Source of the DNA: an uncultured Candidatus Binatia bacterium
GTDB taxonomy: Bacteria; Desulfobacterota; Binatia; UBA9968; JAJDTQ01
Assembly (NCBI GenBank): GCA_965242525.1
Contig: CBDESP010000006.1
Location: 1-36,621 of the forward strand
DNA: 36,621 nucleotides
Direction of reading: 5' to 3'
Below the pieces are notes generated by a model. The model was not told the origin of the DNA, ran no database searches, and worked only from the letters and a program-made list of their open reading frames with translations. Positions 9,354 to 19,239 of the stretch are shown here, in pieces (within the stretch, counting starts at the first letter, position 1; every line of letters starts with the position of its first letter). A program made the position numbers and the translations under genes.

Positions 9354-10454
9354 ATGACCGCACGGGCCGCCGTCACCGGCTGGGGCAAATGCACCCCCCC
9401 GGTGAAGCTCACCAACGCCGACCTCGAGCGCCTGGTCGACACCAGCGACGAGTGGATCACCGACCGCACCGGCATCCGCGAGCGCGGCATCTCCCACGTG
9501 GAGGTCACCGACATGGCCGAGGTGGCCGCCCGCCAGGCTTTGGCCGCGGCCGGGCTCGAGCCGGCCGACCTGGACTTGGTGGTGGTGTCCACCATGTCGC
9601 CCGAGATCGTCTGCCCCAGCACGGCCTGCCTGCTGCAGGAGCGGCTGGAGGCGGTTAACGCGGCGGGCTTCGACGTGAACGCGGCCTGCAGCGGCTGGGT
9701 GTACGGCACCGCGGCCGCGGCCTCGATGATCGCGGCCGGCGCGGCCGGGCGGGCGCTGCTGGTGGGGGCCGAGAAGCTGCACTGGATCATGGACTACTGG
9801 GACCGCTCCACCTGCGTGCTGTTCGGCGACGGGGCCGGGGCGGTGGTGCTGGAGCCGGCGGCGGGCGACGAGGGGGTGCTGGGCATCGACCTGGGCGCCG
9901 ACGGGAAGGCCGGGCGGACCATGGTGATCCCCACCATGGGCACCCGGGGCTCGCTGACCGCCGAGCGCAACCCGTATGACCACTACTTCCACTTCGAGGG
10001 CCAGGCTGTGTTCAAGATCGCGGTCAAGGGCATGGAGGCCTCGGTGCGGCGGGTGCTGGACCGGGCCGGGCTGGCGCCGGGCGACGTGGATCTGGTGGTG
10101 CCCCATCAGGCCAACAAGCGGATCATCGACGCGGTGGTGAACCGGCTGGGCGTCGACCCGGAGCGGGTGATGGTCAACATCGCCACCCACGCCAACACCG
10201 CGGCCGCTTCCATTCCCATGGCCCTGAACGACGCGCTGGACCAGGGCCGGGTGGGGCCGGGGTCGGTGATCGTGCAGACCGCCTTCGGAGGCGGGGTCAC
10301 CTGGGGCTCCACCGCCATCCGCTGGGGCGAGCGGACCGAGCCCCTGGGCTCCTCCGACTTCGAGCTGCCCCCCTGCGACAAGCCGGTGTTCGAGCTGCTG
10401 CGGGCCAGCCGGGAGTTCTTCGGCCCCATGCACGGCAAAAATCAGATTACTTGA
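9354..10454 (+). CDS. fabH: 3-oxoacyl-ACP synthase III
   Basis: 'DTSDEWITDRTGIRER', catalytic 'AACSG', 'LFGDGAGA', 'VPHQAN.RI', 'ANTAAASIP', 'FGGGVTWG'. ATG 9354 lies within the longer called ORF. Confidence 0.93.
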   Translation: MTARAAVTGWGKCTPPVKLTNADLERLVDTSDEWITDRTGIRERGISHVEVTDMAEVAARQALAAAGLEPADLDLVVVSTMSPEIVCPSTACLLQERLEAVNAAGFDVNAACSGWVYGTAAAASMIAAGAAGRALLVGAEKLHWIMDYWDRSTCVLFGDGAGAVVLEPAAGDEGVLGIDLGADGKAGRTMVIPTMGTRGSLTAERNPYDHYFHFEGQAVFKIAVKGMEASVRRVLDRAGLAPGDVDLVVPHQANKRIIDAVVNRLGVDPERVMVNIATHANTAAASIPMALNDALDQGRVGPGSVIVQTAFGGGVTWGSTAIRWGERTEPLGSSDFELPPCDKPVFELLRASREFFGPMHGKNQIT

Positions 10455-11688
10455 TACTGCCTTCATGAAGTCTACTATTATGGACTTCAAGGAACCACCA
10501 TATGATCTAGGCAGCTTTGATGAAATAGCTCATAAGCGAGGAGCTAGAGGAGGTCAAGTAGAAGAATTTAGTGCTGGCTTTGAAGCTTGTGTAAGGTACA
10601 AAGCTCAAGACTCAAAATCATATAGCTTCAATGTTAGCTTTATAAGGCAAAACACTATACCAGTACCTAAACTAAAAGTGTACTCTCATAATAAATCATC
10701 TATTGAAGAACACTTTAGAGGAGGCGAGGTTTCTAAGATCGTAGTAAAGACCCAAAGAGGGGCATGGGAAATGAAAGCAAACAACCAGAGACGTATCAGA
10801 AACAGTATATCCTATGCACACATGAATATACAGCTTCCAACATTAATGGCCTACGGTATATCATCCCTAGATTATTCTGATTTTGTGCCTCTAGATCCTG
10901 GTGGTAGTGATATTAGCGAAACGGACATAAAAGCAATAGAAGAGGTCATTACGGTGGCATTGTTTACACCCGATCAACAACCACACGCAACTGCTCCAGT
11001 TCGTTCTAAGCCAAAACGAACTTATGATACATCCAAGTATGTATCTGACCCTGAGGGTGATTATATACCTATGCTCTTAGCTAATATGGCTTCTTCTGAT
11101 CCAAATGAGTGGCAAAAATTCAAGAAATCTCTTGAATTATTTGGTAAAGAAGCAGCGGTCTCTTTGACGAAATACGTATCAACAAGTTAGGTCGTAACCC
11201 TAGCGAACCTTTTCAAATACAAATGAGAAAGCATAATGGAAGATATAAAGGTTCTTACCATAATATGATTGACACAGGCTATGGGGTGAGCCAGGTTCTG
11301 CCTGTCATTACAGAGTTACGTCATCAAGGTACGGGGATAGGTTTTATTGCAACAACCAGAGGTCCATCTTCATCCTAAAGCCCAAGCAGCTCTTGGCAGC
11401 CTATTTTGTGGGTTGGTAAAAGATAGTTACCAAGTTATAGTTGAGACCCATAGCGATTACTTGATTGACAGAATTCGCATGGAAGTCAGAGAGGGAACCT
11501 TGACTCCTGAAGATGTATCACTCATTTTTTCTGAACGAGTCGGATTGGATATAAAAATCAGTTCGCTTGGATTTGATAAAGAAGGCAACGTAGTTGGATT
11601 AGACCAGGATGGCAATATCATTGAAGTTCCAACCAGCTACCGACAATTCTTCATGGAAGAAATGCAGAGATCCTTAGGTTTAGACTGA
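10441..11688 (+). pseudogene. AAA_21/ABC-type ATPase (DUF3696-like C-terminus), 5'-truncated, with two frameshifts
   Basis: Low GC. Three frames join into ..FGKE/SGLFDEI..DTGYGVSQVLPVI../LLQQPEVHLHPKAQ..VIVETHSDYLIDR. Shifts near 11153 and 11340; no Walker A. Confidence 0.8.
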
Positions 11689-12162
11689 TGTGCGCCATTC
11701 TGGATGCAAATGTGGCACATGAAGTATTCAATGAAACCACTGAAGCTGGACGCGAATTTCTGAGATGGGTCATGTCAGGAAGTGGCCGCTTAATAACTGG
11801 GGGCAAAAATTGGTCGGAGTTAGGTGAACGTAAAAAGATCTATCAGACAGCTAGTTTTAGCTGGAAAAGTACGAGTACGACAAGAAGATAGTGGAAGGAT
11901 AGCCGATATAGCCCAGCGACTTACGCAGGACGGCTCATGCGCATCTGACGATGAACATATCATTGCATTAGCTCAGGTCAGCGGTGCTAGACTGCTGTAC
12001 ACCAACGATCAGCTACTACAGAAGGACTTTGATAAGAAAGAGCTGATTGATAAACCGCGTGGCAAGGTATATTCTACACACAAGACCGATGGATATGATA
12101 ACTCTAGGTTTGATGAAGCCAAGAGGCGACTTCTGAACAGAAATCCGTGCCAACAAACATAG
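11688..12162 (+). pseudogene. PIN-like domain protein, one frameshift near 11830
   Basis: N-terminal 'ILDANV' and C-terminal 'SDDEHIIALA..ARLLYTND..L' PIN motifs split across two frames; start overlaps the ATPase stop (TGATG). Confidence 0.7.
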
Positions 12163-12197
12163 AGTTCAACAACTTAGCCAGCTCTAAAAGTTATCGG

Positions 12198-12650
12198 TCA
12201 GGGATTCGGGAGGCTTGGGTTTAGGTCTATGGGGTCGCCTATGGCGATTTCGCCGTCGGTTAGGACTCGGCAGATCACCCCGGCCCGGCGGCGCAGGGCG
12301 GCTCGGCCGCCGTCGCCGAAGATCTCGTCCATGCGCCTACACGGGGGCGCGTCCCGCACCACCTCCAGCTCCACCGGGCCGATCCGCCAGCGGTGGCCGG
12401 GGTCGCGGGGCACCGACTCGGCGGTGACGGTGATGTTGCGCCGGGTGCGGCCGGGGTCGATCTCGGCGCCGGCTTCGGCGGCCGCGGCGGCCAGTTCCCC
12501 GGCGGCCTGGACCGTGACTTGGAGCTTGGAGGAGCCGTGGTAGCGGTCCCCCACCAGGCCCATGCCCGCCTCGGCCGCCACCCGCTCCACCGCGGTCATG
12601 GGGGCGCGGGCCTCGGCCGCGATGTGGATGGACTGCACTCGGTCGGTCAC
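12198..12650 (-). CDS. MOSC domain protein
   Basis: 'GLVGDRY', 'RRNITV', 'PCRRMD', 'G.IAIGD'; GTG 12650 preceded by AGGAG. Confidence 0.85.
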   Translation of the reverse strand: MTDRVQSIHIAAEARAPMTAVERVAAEAGMGLVGDRYHGSSKLQVTVQAAGELAAAAAEAGAEIDPGRTRRNITVTAESVPRDPGHRWRIGPVELEVVRDAPPCRRMDEIFGDGGRAALRRRAGVICRVLTDGEIAIGDPIDLNPSLPNP

Positions 12651-12745
12651 GGCGGCGGCTCCTGGAGACGAGAGGTCATGTCGGCTGCGGGATGGCGGGC
12701 GGCCCGCCCGGCGGGAGTAGGCGGGCGGCTCCTGAGGGAAGCGGC

Positions 12746-14046
12746 TCATGCGGGCTGGGGGGTGTTGAGGTGCTCGACGTTGTCGAGGAGGATCTTGCGC
12801 CGGTCGGCTCATCGGAGAAGCCCTCTAGGTCGGCCAGGTAGTCGAGCGGGGCGGACAGGCCCTCGATGTGGGGCCAGTCCGAGCCGAACACCACCCGGTC
12901 GGCCCCCATCAGCTCCACCACCTCGGCCGCGTCGTCCTCCCAGAACGGGTTGATCCAGACGTGCTCACGGAAGGTGTCCACGGGATGGTCGTCGAACCAC
13001 CAGTAGTGCTTGCGGGCCATCTGGTCGAACTTGCGGAAGGCGGGGGCCAGGAAGTCGGACCCGTTCTCCACCGAGGCCACCCGCAGATTCGAGAACCGGT
13101 CGTAGATCTTCTCGAAGACCGACTGGATGAGCCAGTCCTGGGCGGCCCGCTCGATGGCGAAAGCCCGCAGGCTGGGCCGGCCGCCGTCGCCCATGTGCGA
13201 CGAGAACCCGTCGGGGGCGTACCCCTGCGACGAATACCCGGAGTCGGAGGCGTGGATCACCACCGTGACCCCGGCGTCGTTGATGCGCCCCCAGACCGGG
13301 TCGAAGGCCGGGTCGAACGGCGACAGTACGCCGGTCCGGGTGGTGACCGCGGCCGGCCGCATCACCAGCACCCTGGCCCCCAGCCCGAGCACCCGGTCGA
13401 TCTCGGCTGTGGCCGCGTCCACGTCGCCCAAAGCGATATAGGGGGCGGCGAAGATCCGACCCCGCCAGTCGTAGCCCCAGTCGTCGTATAGCCAGCGGTT
13501 GAAGCCGACCATCATGGCCGCCACCGCGTCCACGTCGTGCTTGAGCAGCTCCTCGTACAGCACGCCCAGGGTGGGGAACAGCCAGACGGCCCGCAGGCCC
13601 TGGGCGTCCATGGCCTCCACCCGGGCCTCGGGGTTCATGTAGCAGTCGGGCAGGGGCTCCCGGTCGGCCAGCATCTCCAGGGGGTTGCGGCCATCGGGGT
13701 TGCCCCGGAAGTAGTCCCGCAGCGCCCCCGGCTTGGCGATCGGGTTCCAAGTGGGGTTGGTGACGGCCCGGGCCAGCCTGCCCCCCACCAAGTGGTGCTT
13801 GCGGCCGCCGATGTCGACCCATTGGACCACCCGGGGCTGCATGGCCGGATCGACGTGGCGGGTGAAGGCGTCGAGCGCCTCGTAGTAGTGGTTGTCGGCG
13901 TCGAAGGGCCGATAGCCGAGCCCGTCGGCGTCGCGAGCGCCTGACGCCCGCCGCTCGTCGGGGGCCGCATCAGCGCCCGGCGCCGCGGGGTCGGGGGTCA
14001 CGGGTTCAGCGCCCGGCGCCAGCGGGGTGGAAGCCACAGGGTTCAC
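12746..14046 (-). CDS. Amidohydrolase-2 family protein; apparent 1-nt deletion near 12808
   Basis: 'FDADNHYYE', 'LFPTLG', 'FNRWL', 'VFGSDWPHIEG'. The expected end 'ADRRKILLDNVEHLNTPQPA*' is in another frame ending at 12746; as sequenced the ORF runs to 12676. Start uncertain. Confidence 0.8.
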
Positions 14047-14078
14047 CGTAGCGCCGTCGGGCCGCTACGTTGTGGGCC

Positions 14079-14504
14079 ATGGCATCGGCGGCGGCGACCA
14101 CGGCCGAGATGCAGGCCCGGACCCTGGTGCGGGGCGAGAAGGTGAGGCTGGTGGCCGACCGGCCGGGCCTGCCGGCCGGCTCCGAGGGCAAGGTGGCCAT
14201 GGCCAACGGCTTCTCCTGGCGCCGCTATTGGGTCCGATTCGACGACGGCCCGGTGGTGGGCCACATCGACCACGGCGACTTGGTGCGGGCCGGCGACTAC
14301 GACGGCTTCCTGGCCGCCCGCGACCGGGAGGCCGAACAGGCCGCAGCGGCCGAGGCCGAGGCGGCGACAAGAGCTGAGGCCGTCGAGGCCAAGTCGGGCC
14401 CGGCTGCGGCCATCGGGACCGGCGAGACGGTGGTCAACGGCGTGACCGTCCCCGCTTATCTGCTCCAGCGCTCGGCCGACGCCCGGACCCGGCTCGGCGC
14501 CTGA
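14079..14504 (+). CDS. Hypothetical protein (SH3-like beta N-terminus, helical linker)
   Basis: High GC3 ORF, 'GKVAMANGFSWRRYWVRFDDG'; divergent from the amidohydrolase. Confidence 0.65.
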   Translation: MASAAATTAEMQARTLVRGEKVRLVADRPGLPAGSEGKVAMANGFSWRRYWVRFDDGPVVGHIDHGDLVRAGDYDGFLAARDREAEQAAAAEAEAATRAEAVEAKSGPAAAIGTGETVVNGVTVPAYLLQRSADARTRLGA

Positions 14505-14513
14505 CCGCGGAAC

Positions 14514-15188
14514 TCAGCCGGAGTCGGCAGGCGTGGCTGAGGTATCGCCGGGGCGGCCTGCGCCAGCGGAGTTCAAGGCCCGCAACTGGACCTCATAGTT
14601 CGTCCCATTGGTCAAATCCGGCATCGTGTGGCTGGTCAGGGAGGCGTCGCTTCCATAAATGTGACGCCAGCAGTGCCAGCCGAACGATTCGCTGAACCGC
14701 TCCCGGAACTGATACCCGGTAATGGAATCATCGCCGGGATCGTCCCAGCTCAAAGCGATCGACTGATCCTCGCCCGCCGCCGTCAATCCAGACGGCGCCG
14801 CGGGAACCGAAGACGAAGACGACGGCAAGGTGACGGAGGCTTCGCTCTCGGCGCTCTCGCCGGCCTCATTTACAGCCCGCAACTGAATCCGGTAAGTGGC
14901 GCCCCCGGGCAGCACTCCCAACGCGTAGCTGTCGACCGTGCCCGATCCGCCTGCGAACGTGTTCCAGCACCACCAGTCTTCGTCGAACGAGGCCCGCTCC
15001 CGGAACTGGTACTTGGTGATGGAGCCGTCTTTGACATCGATCCAGCTCAAGACGACCTCGCCGCCATCGACCGCAGCCGTGAGCCCGGACGGCGCCTCGG
15101 GAACCGTCGAAGGCGACGAGGAGCATCCGGCGCCAAACAGCGCCGCGGCCAGCAACACCGACAGAGCACGGGAACAGCCTCTAAACAT
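14514..15188 (-). CDS. Lipoprotein with two fibronectin type III domains
   Basis: Signal peptide with lipobox 'FGAG-C'; two 'P.APSGLTA..LSW....SIT.YQFRER..Y..QLRA.N.AG' repeats. Confidence 0.85.
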   Translation of the reverse strand: MFRGCSRALSVLLAAALFGAGCSSSPSTVPEAPSGLTAAVDGGEVVLSWIDVKDGSITKYQFRERASFDEDWWCWNTFAGGSGTVDSYALGVLPGGATYRIQLRAVNEAGESAESEASVTLPSSSSSVPAAPSGLTAAGEDQSIALSWDDPGDDSITGYQFRERFSESFGWHCWRHIYGSDASLTSHTMPDLTNGTNYEVQLRALNSAGAGRPGDTSATPADSG

Positions 15189-15207
15189 GGCCGTTCATAA
15201 TATCAAA

Positions 15208-16365
15208 TCAATCCCGGCCCCAACGGCAAAGCCGGCTCACCGCCTCGGTTATGTCGGCGGTGGACCCGGCGAAGGAGAAGCGCACGAACTCGTGGCCCCG
15301 GCCGGGGTCGAAGTCGATGCCGGGGGTGGTGGCGATCCCCAGGTCGTCCAGCCACGTGCGGCACAGCTCCTGGCTGTCGTCGGTGACGGCGGAGACGTCG
15401 GCGTACACGTAGAAGGCCCCGTCGGCGGGGGCCAGCCGGTCCAGGCCCGCGGCGGGCAGCCCCTCCAGCAGCACCCGGCGGTTGACTGTGTAGCGCTCCA
15501 CGTTGGCCCGCAGTTCGTCGTGGCAGTCGAAGGCGGCCAGGGCGGCGAGCTGGGACAGGGTCGGGGCCGAGATGAAGAAGTTCTGGGCCAGCCGGGTGAC
15601 CGGCGCCACCAGGGTTTCGGGGACCACCGCCCAGCCCAGCCGCCAGCCCGTCATCGAGAAGTACTTGGAGAAGCTGTTCACCACCACCGCCTCGGGGTCG
15701 CAGGCCAGGGCGGTGGCCGCGGGCGGGCCGTAGGCGATCCCGTGGTAGATCTCGTCGGAGACGAGCCGGACGCCCCGCTCGGCGCACCATCCGGCCAGAG
15801 CGCCCATGGCGGCGGCGTCGAGCATGGTGCCCGAGGGGTTGGACGGCGAGGCCACCACCAGCCCATCGACCGGACCGACTGATTCGAGGCCGACCGGGTC
15901 GGGCTGGAAGCGGGTCTCGGGGCCGGTGGCCAGCTCCACCACCTCCACCCCCAGGGCCCCCAGGGCGTTGCGGTAGCAGGGGTAGCCCGGCGAGGGGACC
16001 ACCACCCGGTCGCCGGGGTCGAAGCAGGCCATGAAGGCCAGCACGAAGGCCCCGGAGGCCCCCAGGGTCACGATCACCCGGTCGGGGTCGATCTCGACGC
16101 CGTACCAGTCCCGGTAGTGGTCGGCGATCCGGCGGCGGAGCGGCTCGATCCCGGCCGCGGTGGTGTAGCCCAGCACGTCGGAGTCCAAGGCGGCGTGGGC
16201 AGCCTCGATCACCCCGGCCGGGGCGGGGGTGGACGGCTGGCCCACCTCCAGGTGCAGCACCTCGCCGCCGGCCGCCTCCCGCTGCTCGGCCGCCCGCATG
16301 ACCTCCATCACGTAGAACGGGCTGATCGCCCCCCGTCGGGCCGGCTCAAGCGCCATCGCCGCCAT
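15208..16365 (-). CDS. PLP-dependent aminotransferase class I/II
   Basis: 'HLEVGQP', 'SPSNPSG', 'SDEIYHG', 'NSFSKYFSMTGWRLGW'. Confidence 0.93.
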   Translation of the reverse strand: MAAMALEPARRGAISPFYVMEVMRAAEQREAAGGEVLHLEVGQPSTPAPAGVIEAAHAALDSDVLGYTTAAGIEPLRRRIADHYRDWYGVEIDPDRVIVTLGASGAFVLAFMACFDPGDRVVVPSPGYPCYRNALGALGVEVVELATGPETRFQPDPVGLESVGPVDGLVVASPSNPSGTMLDAAAMGALAGWCAERGVRLVSDEIYHGIAYGPPAATALACDPEAVVVNSFSKYFSMTGWRLGWAVVPETLVAPVTRLAQNFFISAPTLSQLAALAAFDCHDELRANVERYTVNRRVLLEGLPAAGLDRLAPADGAFYVYADVSAVTDDSQELCRTWLDDLGIATTPGIDFDPGRGHEFVRFSFAGSTADITEAVSRLCRWGRD

Positions 16366-16480
16366 GATGCCACGGACCGGGACCGGTCAGGACAACCGGA
16401 GCACGGACCGAGAGCAGCCAGGACGACCGGACGCAAGGACCGGGACCAGCCGGGACAACCGGCGGCGTTAGGGTGCGGAG

Positions 16481-17272
16481 GTGCCCGAGGCGCTGTTCGA
16501 CCGCACCGCCGGAGACGTGGGCAACATCCTGGCGCTGGAGCACGTGAACGTGACCGTGCCCGACCAGCGGGCGGCGGAGCGGTTCTACGTCGAGGGGCTG
16601 GGCCTGACCCGCGACCCCCATATGGACTTCGGCGGGGCCAACGTCTGGATCAACGCCGGTTCCCAGCAGTTCCACCTGCCCACCGCCTCGGCCCCGCAGG
16701 TGCTGCGGGGCACGGTCGGCCTGGTGGCGCTCAGCCTGGAACGGGTCCGGCGGAGCCTCGACCGCATCGGGGGCGGCGGCGAGCCGGGGCCGGACGGGAC
16801 GCTGCTGGTCCGCTGCCCCTGGGGCAACCGGATAAGGGTTCACCAGGCCGGCGAGGCGTTCGGGGCCATGACCCTGGGCATCGCTTACGTCGAGTTGGAC
16901 GTGGCCGCCGGGACCGCGGCCGGCATCGCCCGCTTCTACCAGTCGGTGCTGGAGGCGCCCGCCTCGGTGCAGCCGACCCCCGACGGCGCCGTCGCCCGGG
17001 TGGGGGTGGGCCGCCATCAGGCGCTGGTGTTCCGCGAGGGCGCCGATCCCCCGCCCTATGACGGTCATCATGTAGCCGTGTACGTGGCCCAGTTCTCACG
17101 CCCCCACGCCCGGCTGGCCGCGGCCGGCCTCATCACCGCCGAGACCGGCGAGCACGAATACCGGTTCAGCGCGGTCGTCGACCCCGACTCGGGCGACGTG
17201 CTGACCGAGATCGAACACGAGGTGCGCAGCCTGCGCCACCCCATGTACGGAAGACTCCCCCAGTTTTTCTGA
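16481..17272 (+). CDS. VOC/glyoxalase-like protein
   Basis: 'LEHVNVTVPDQ..A..FYVEGLGL', 'QFHLP', 'YDGHHVAVY', 'EIEHEVRS'; GGAG upstream of GTG. Confidence 0.75.
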   Translation: MPEALFDRTAGDVGNILALEHVNVTVPDQRAAERFYVEGLGLTRDPHMDFGGANVWINAGSQQFHLPTASAPQVLRGTVGLVALSLERVRRSLDRIGGGGEPGPDGTLLVRCPWGNRIRVHQAGEAFGAMTLGIAYVELDVAAGTAAGIARFYQSVLEAPASVQPTPDGAVARVGVGRHQALVFREGADPPPYDGHHVAVYVAQFSRPHARLAAAGLITAETGEHEYRFSAVVDPDSGDVLTEIEHEVRSLRHPMYGRLPQFF

Positions 17273-17313
17273 GCAAAAATTGTCGCTATACGACAACGGA
17301 TGCTCAGAAAAAC
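17263..17313. repeat. Bipartite palindrome (REP-like element or bidirectional terminator)
   Basis: GTTTTTCTGAGCA-AAAA-TTGTCG-CTATA-CGACAA-CGGA-TGCTCAGAAAAAC between convergent genes. Confidence 0.8.
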
Positions 17314-17314
17314 C

Positions 17315-17410
17315 GAGAGGAGGGGGAGAGGGGGGCAGCGAGGAGGCGACGAGGAGGGGGCGAGGGGGGAGAGGCGAGGGGGAGAGGGGAGAGGAGGGGG
17401 CTAGGGGAAG
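17315..17410. repeat. Polypurine (G/A) low-complexity tract
   Basis: Repeated GAGGGGG/GAGGAG units, almost no pyrimidines on the + strand. Confidence 0.85.
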
Positions 17411-19239
17411 TGCAGTTCGAAGCGGGCTCCGCCTAGGGGCGAGTCGCCCGCCGTCACCGTCCCGCCCATCTCTTGGACCAGCGACGCCACCACGGCCAGG
17501 CCCAGCCCGGCCCCGCCGCTGTCGCGGGTGCGGGCCTCGCCCAGCCGGGTGAACCGCTCGAAGATCCGCTGGCGGTCCTCGACGGCTATGCCCTCGCCGT
17601 CGTCATCTACGGCTAGGACCACCTCCCCAGACGGCTCGGTGCGAAGCGCCGCCGCCACCCGGCTGCGGGCGTGGCGGGCCGCGTTGTCGAGCAGGTGGGC
17701 CACCACCCGGGCGGCCGAGTCGGCCGCGCCGACCACCCGCCCGGCCGACACCGCGGCCACGTCCACCGGCACCGCCCGGGACCGGGCCGCCTCGGCCAAC
17801 ACCACGTCGTCGAGGTCGATCTCCTCGCCGGGCCGGGCCCGCCCCCCGGCGGGGCCGTCGTCGGACCGGGTCTCGTCGTGGCGGGCCAGCACCAGCAGGT
17901 CGTCCACGGTGCGCTGCAGGCGCAGCGACTCGGCCAGCACCCCCGAGGCCAGGTCGGGCACCGAGGCGCCGGCGCCGGCCCGCAGGGCCACTTCCGCCTC
18001 GGCCCGCAGCACCGCCACCGGGGTCCGCAGTTCGTGGGCGGCGTCGGTCACGAACTGGCGCAGGCGGACGTCGTGGCTCTCGATCCGCCCCAGCATGGAG
18101 TTCATGGTCCCGGCCAGCCGGTCGATCTCGTCGCCGGTTCCGGGGCTGGGGACCCGCTCGTGGAGGGTGCCGGCGTTGATGGCCCGGACCCGCTCGGTCA
18201 TCCGGTCCACCGGCCGCAGGGCCCGACCGGTGAGCAGCCAGGTCACCAGAGCGGCGACGGCGGCCATGACCGGCGCCGCCGCCCACAGGATCACCTCCAC
18301 CTGCTCGACGCTGCGGGCCACGTCGCTGGTGTCGGCCGCCACCAGGATCTCGGCCCCGCCCACCCGGCGGGTGTCGATCTCGAACCGGGACACGTCCCGG
18401 AACGCCCCGGCGGCCGGCTCGGCCCGGGTCTCGATCAGCTCGTCGAGGTCGCTGCGCCCGGCGCCGCCCGAGGCTTCATAGGCCAGGTCGGCCAAAGTGG
18501 CGCCGGTGACGACCGGCGCGCCCAGCTCGGCCGGGGCCATCGGCAGGACGGCGGCCTTGCCCGCCAGCGGCACCCTCACCACCCGCCCGGTCCTCATCAG
18601 CACCGGCAGGGCGGCGCCGTCCTGGGTTTTGAGGACGGCGGAGACCTCGCTGAGCAGCCCGGCCCGCCGGAGGCGGCGCATGGAGTCCCGGGCGTCGGTC
18701 ACGCCCTGATAGACCGCCACCTCCTCCAAGGCCGCCGCCCCCTTGGCCAGCCAGTCGGCGATCGTGTCGGTGTCCCAGACCTGGTCGTCGAGGGCCCAGT
18801 CGGCGGGGATCTGGGCGCTCCAGCCCTTGGCGCTCCAGTCCTGCCAGTTGCCTTCGATCACGCCGGGGGGGACCCAGGCCCGGATCGACTCGTCGATGAT
18901 GGCCGCCACCCCGTCCAGGCTCGCGGGCTGGTCGGAGCCCGCGGTCTCGGCCGAGTCCGCGGTCACCGTTTCGGCCAAGCGGCCGTCGTGGTCGTGCAGC
19001 ACGTCGTGGGCGTCGGCCTGGGCGGCGGCGGCCTCGTCCAGCACGCCGGAGACGAGCGACTGCCCGATCAGGCCGGGGCCGACGACGGCGGCGAGCGACA
19101 GCACCGCGGCGGTGGCCAGCCCCACCAGCAGGGTCAGCCGGGCCCGCACCGACATAGATGTCAGCGCCTTCACTGCCCCCGCGGCCCTCGCCCCGAGACC
19201 CCGGCCTCCACCGCCCTCACCGGTGTCGGCGGCGCTCAC
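17401..19239 (-). CDS. HAMP sensor histidine kinase
   Basis: Two TM segments, HAMP, 'DAAHELRTP', 'LLDNAARHA', 'DDDGEGI', 'GGAGLGLA'; GTG 19239 overlaps the regulator's stop (GTGA). Confidence 0.92.
   Translation of the reverse strand: MSAADTGEGGGGRGLGARAAGAVKALTSMSVRARLTLLVGLATAAVLSLAAVVGPGLIGQSLVSGVLDEAAAAQADAHDVLHDHDGRLAETVTADSAETAGSDQPASLDGVAAIIDESIRAWVPPGVIEGNWQDWSAKGWSAQIPADWALDDQVWDTDTIADWLAKGAAALEEVAVYQGVTDARDSMRRLRRAGLLSEVSAVLKTQDGAALPVLMRTGRVVRVPLAGKAAVLPMAPAELGAPVVTGATLADLAYEASGGAGRSDLDELIETRAEPAAGAFRDVSRFEIDTRRVGGAEILVAADTSDVARSVEQVEVILWAAAPVMAAVAALVTWLLTGRALRPVDRMTERVRAINAGTLHERVPSPGTGDEIDRLAGTMNSMLGRIESHDVRLRQFVTDAAHELRTPVAVLRAEAEVALRAGAGASVPDLASGVLAESLRLQRTVDDLLVLARHDETRSDDGPAGGRARPGEEIDLDDVVLAEAARSRAVPVDVAAVSAGRVVGAADSAARVVAHLLDNAARHARSRVAAALRTEPSGEVVLAVDDDGEGIAVEDRQRIFERFTRLGEARTRDSGGAGLGLAVVASLVQEMGGTVTAGDSPLGGARFELHFP

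Noticed and set aside
16370-16465. GGAC-rich intergenic repeats as an ncRNA or operator array
   Set aside because: Irregular spacing and no stable pairing seen; treated as low-complexity expansion.
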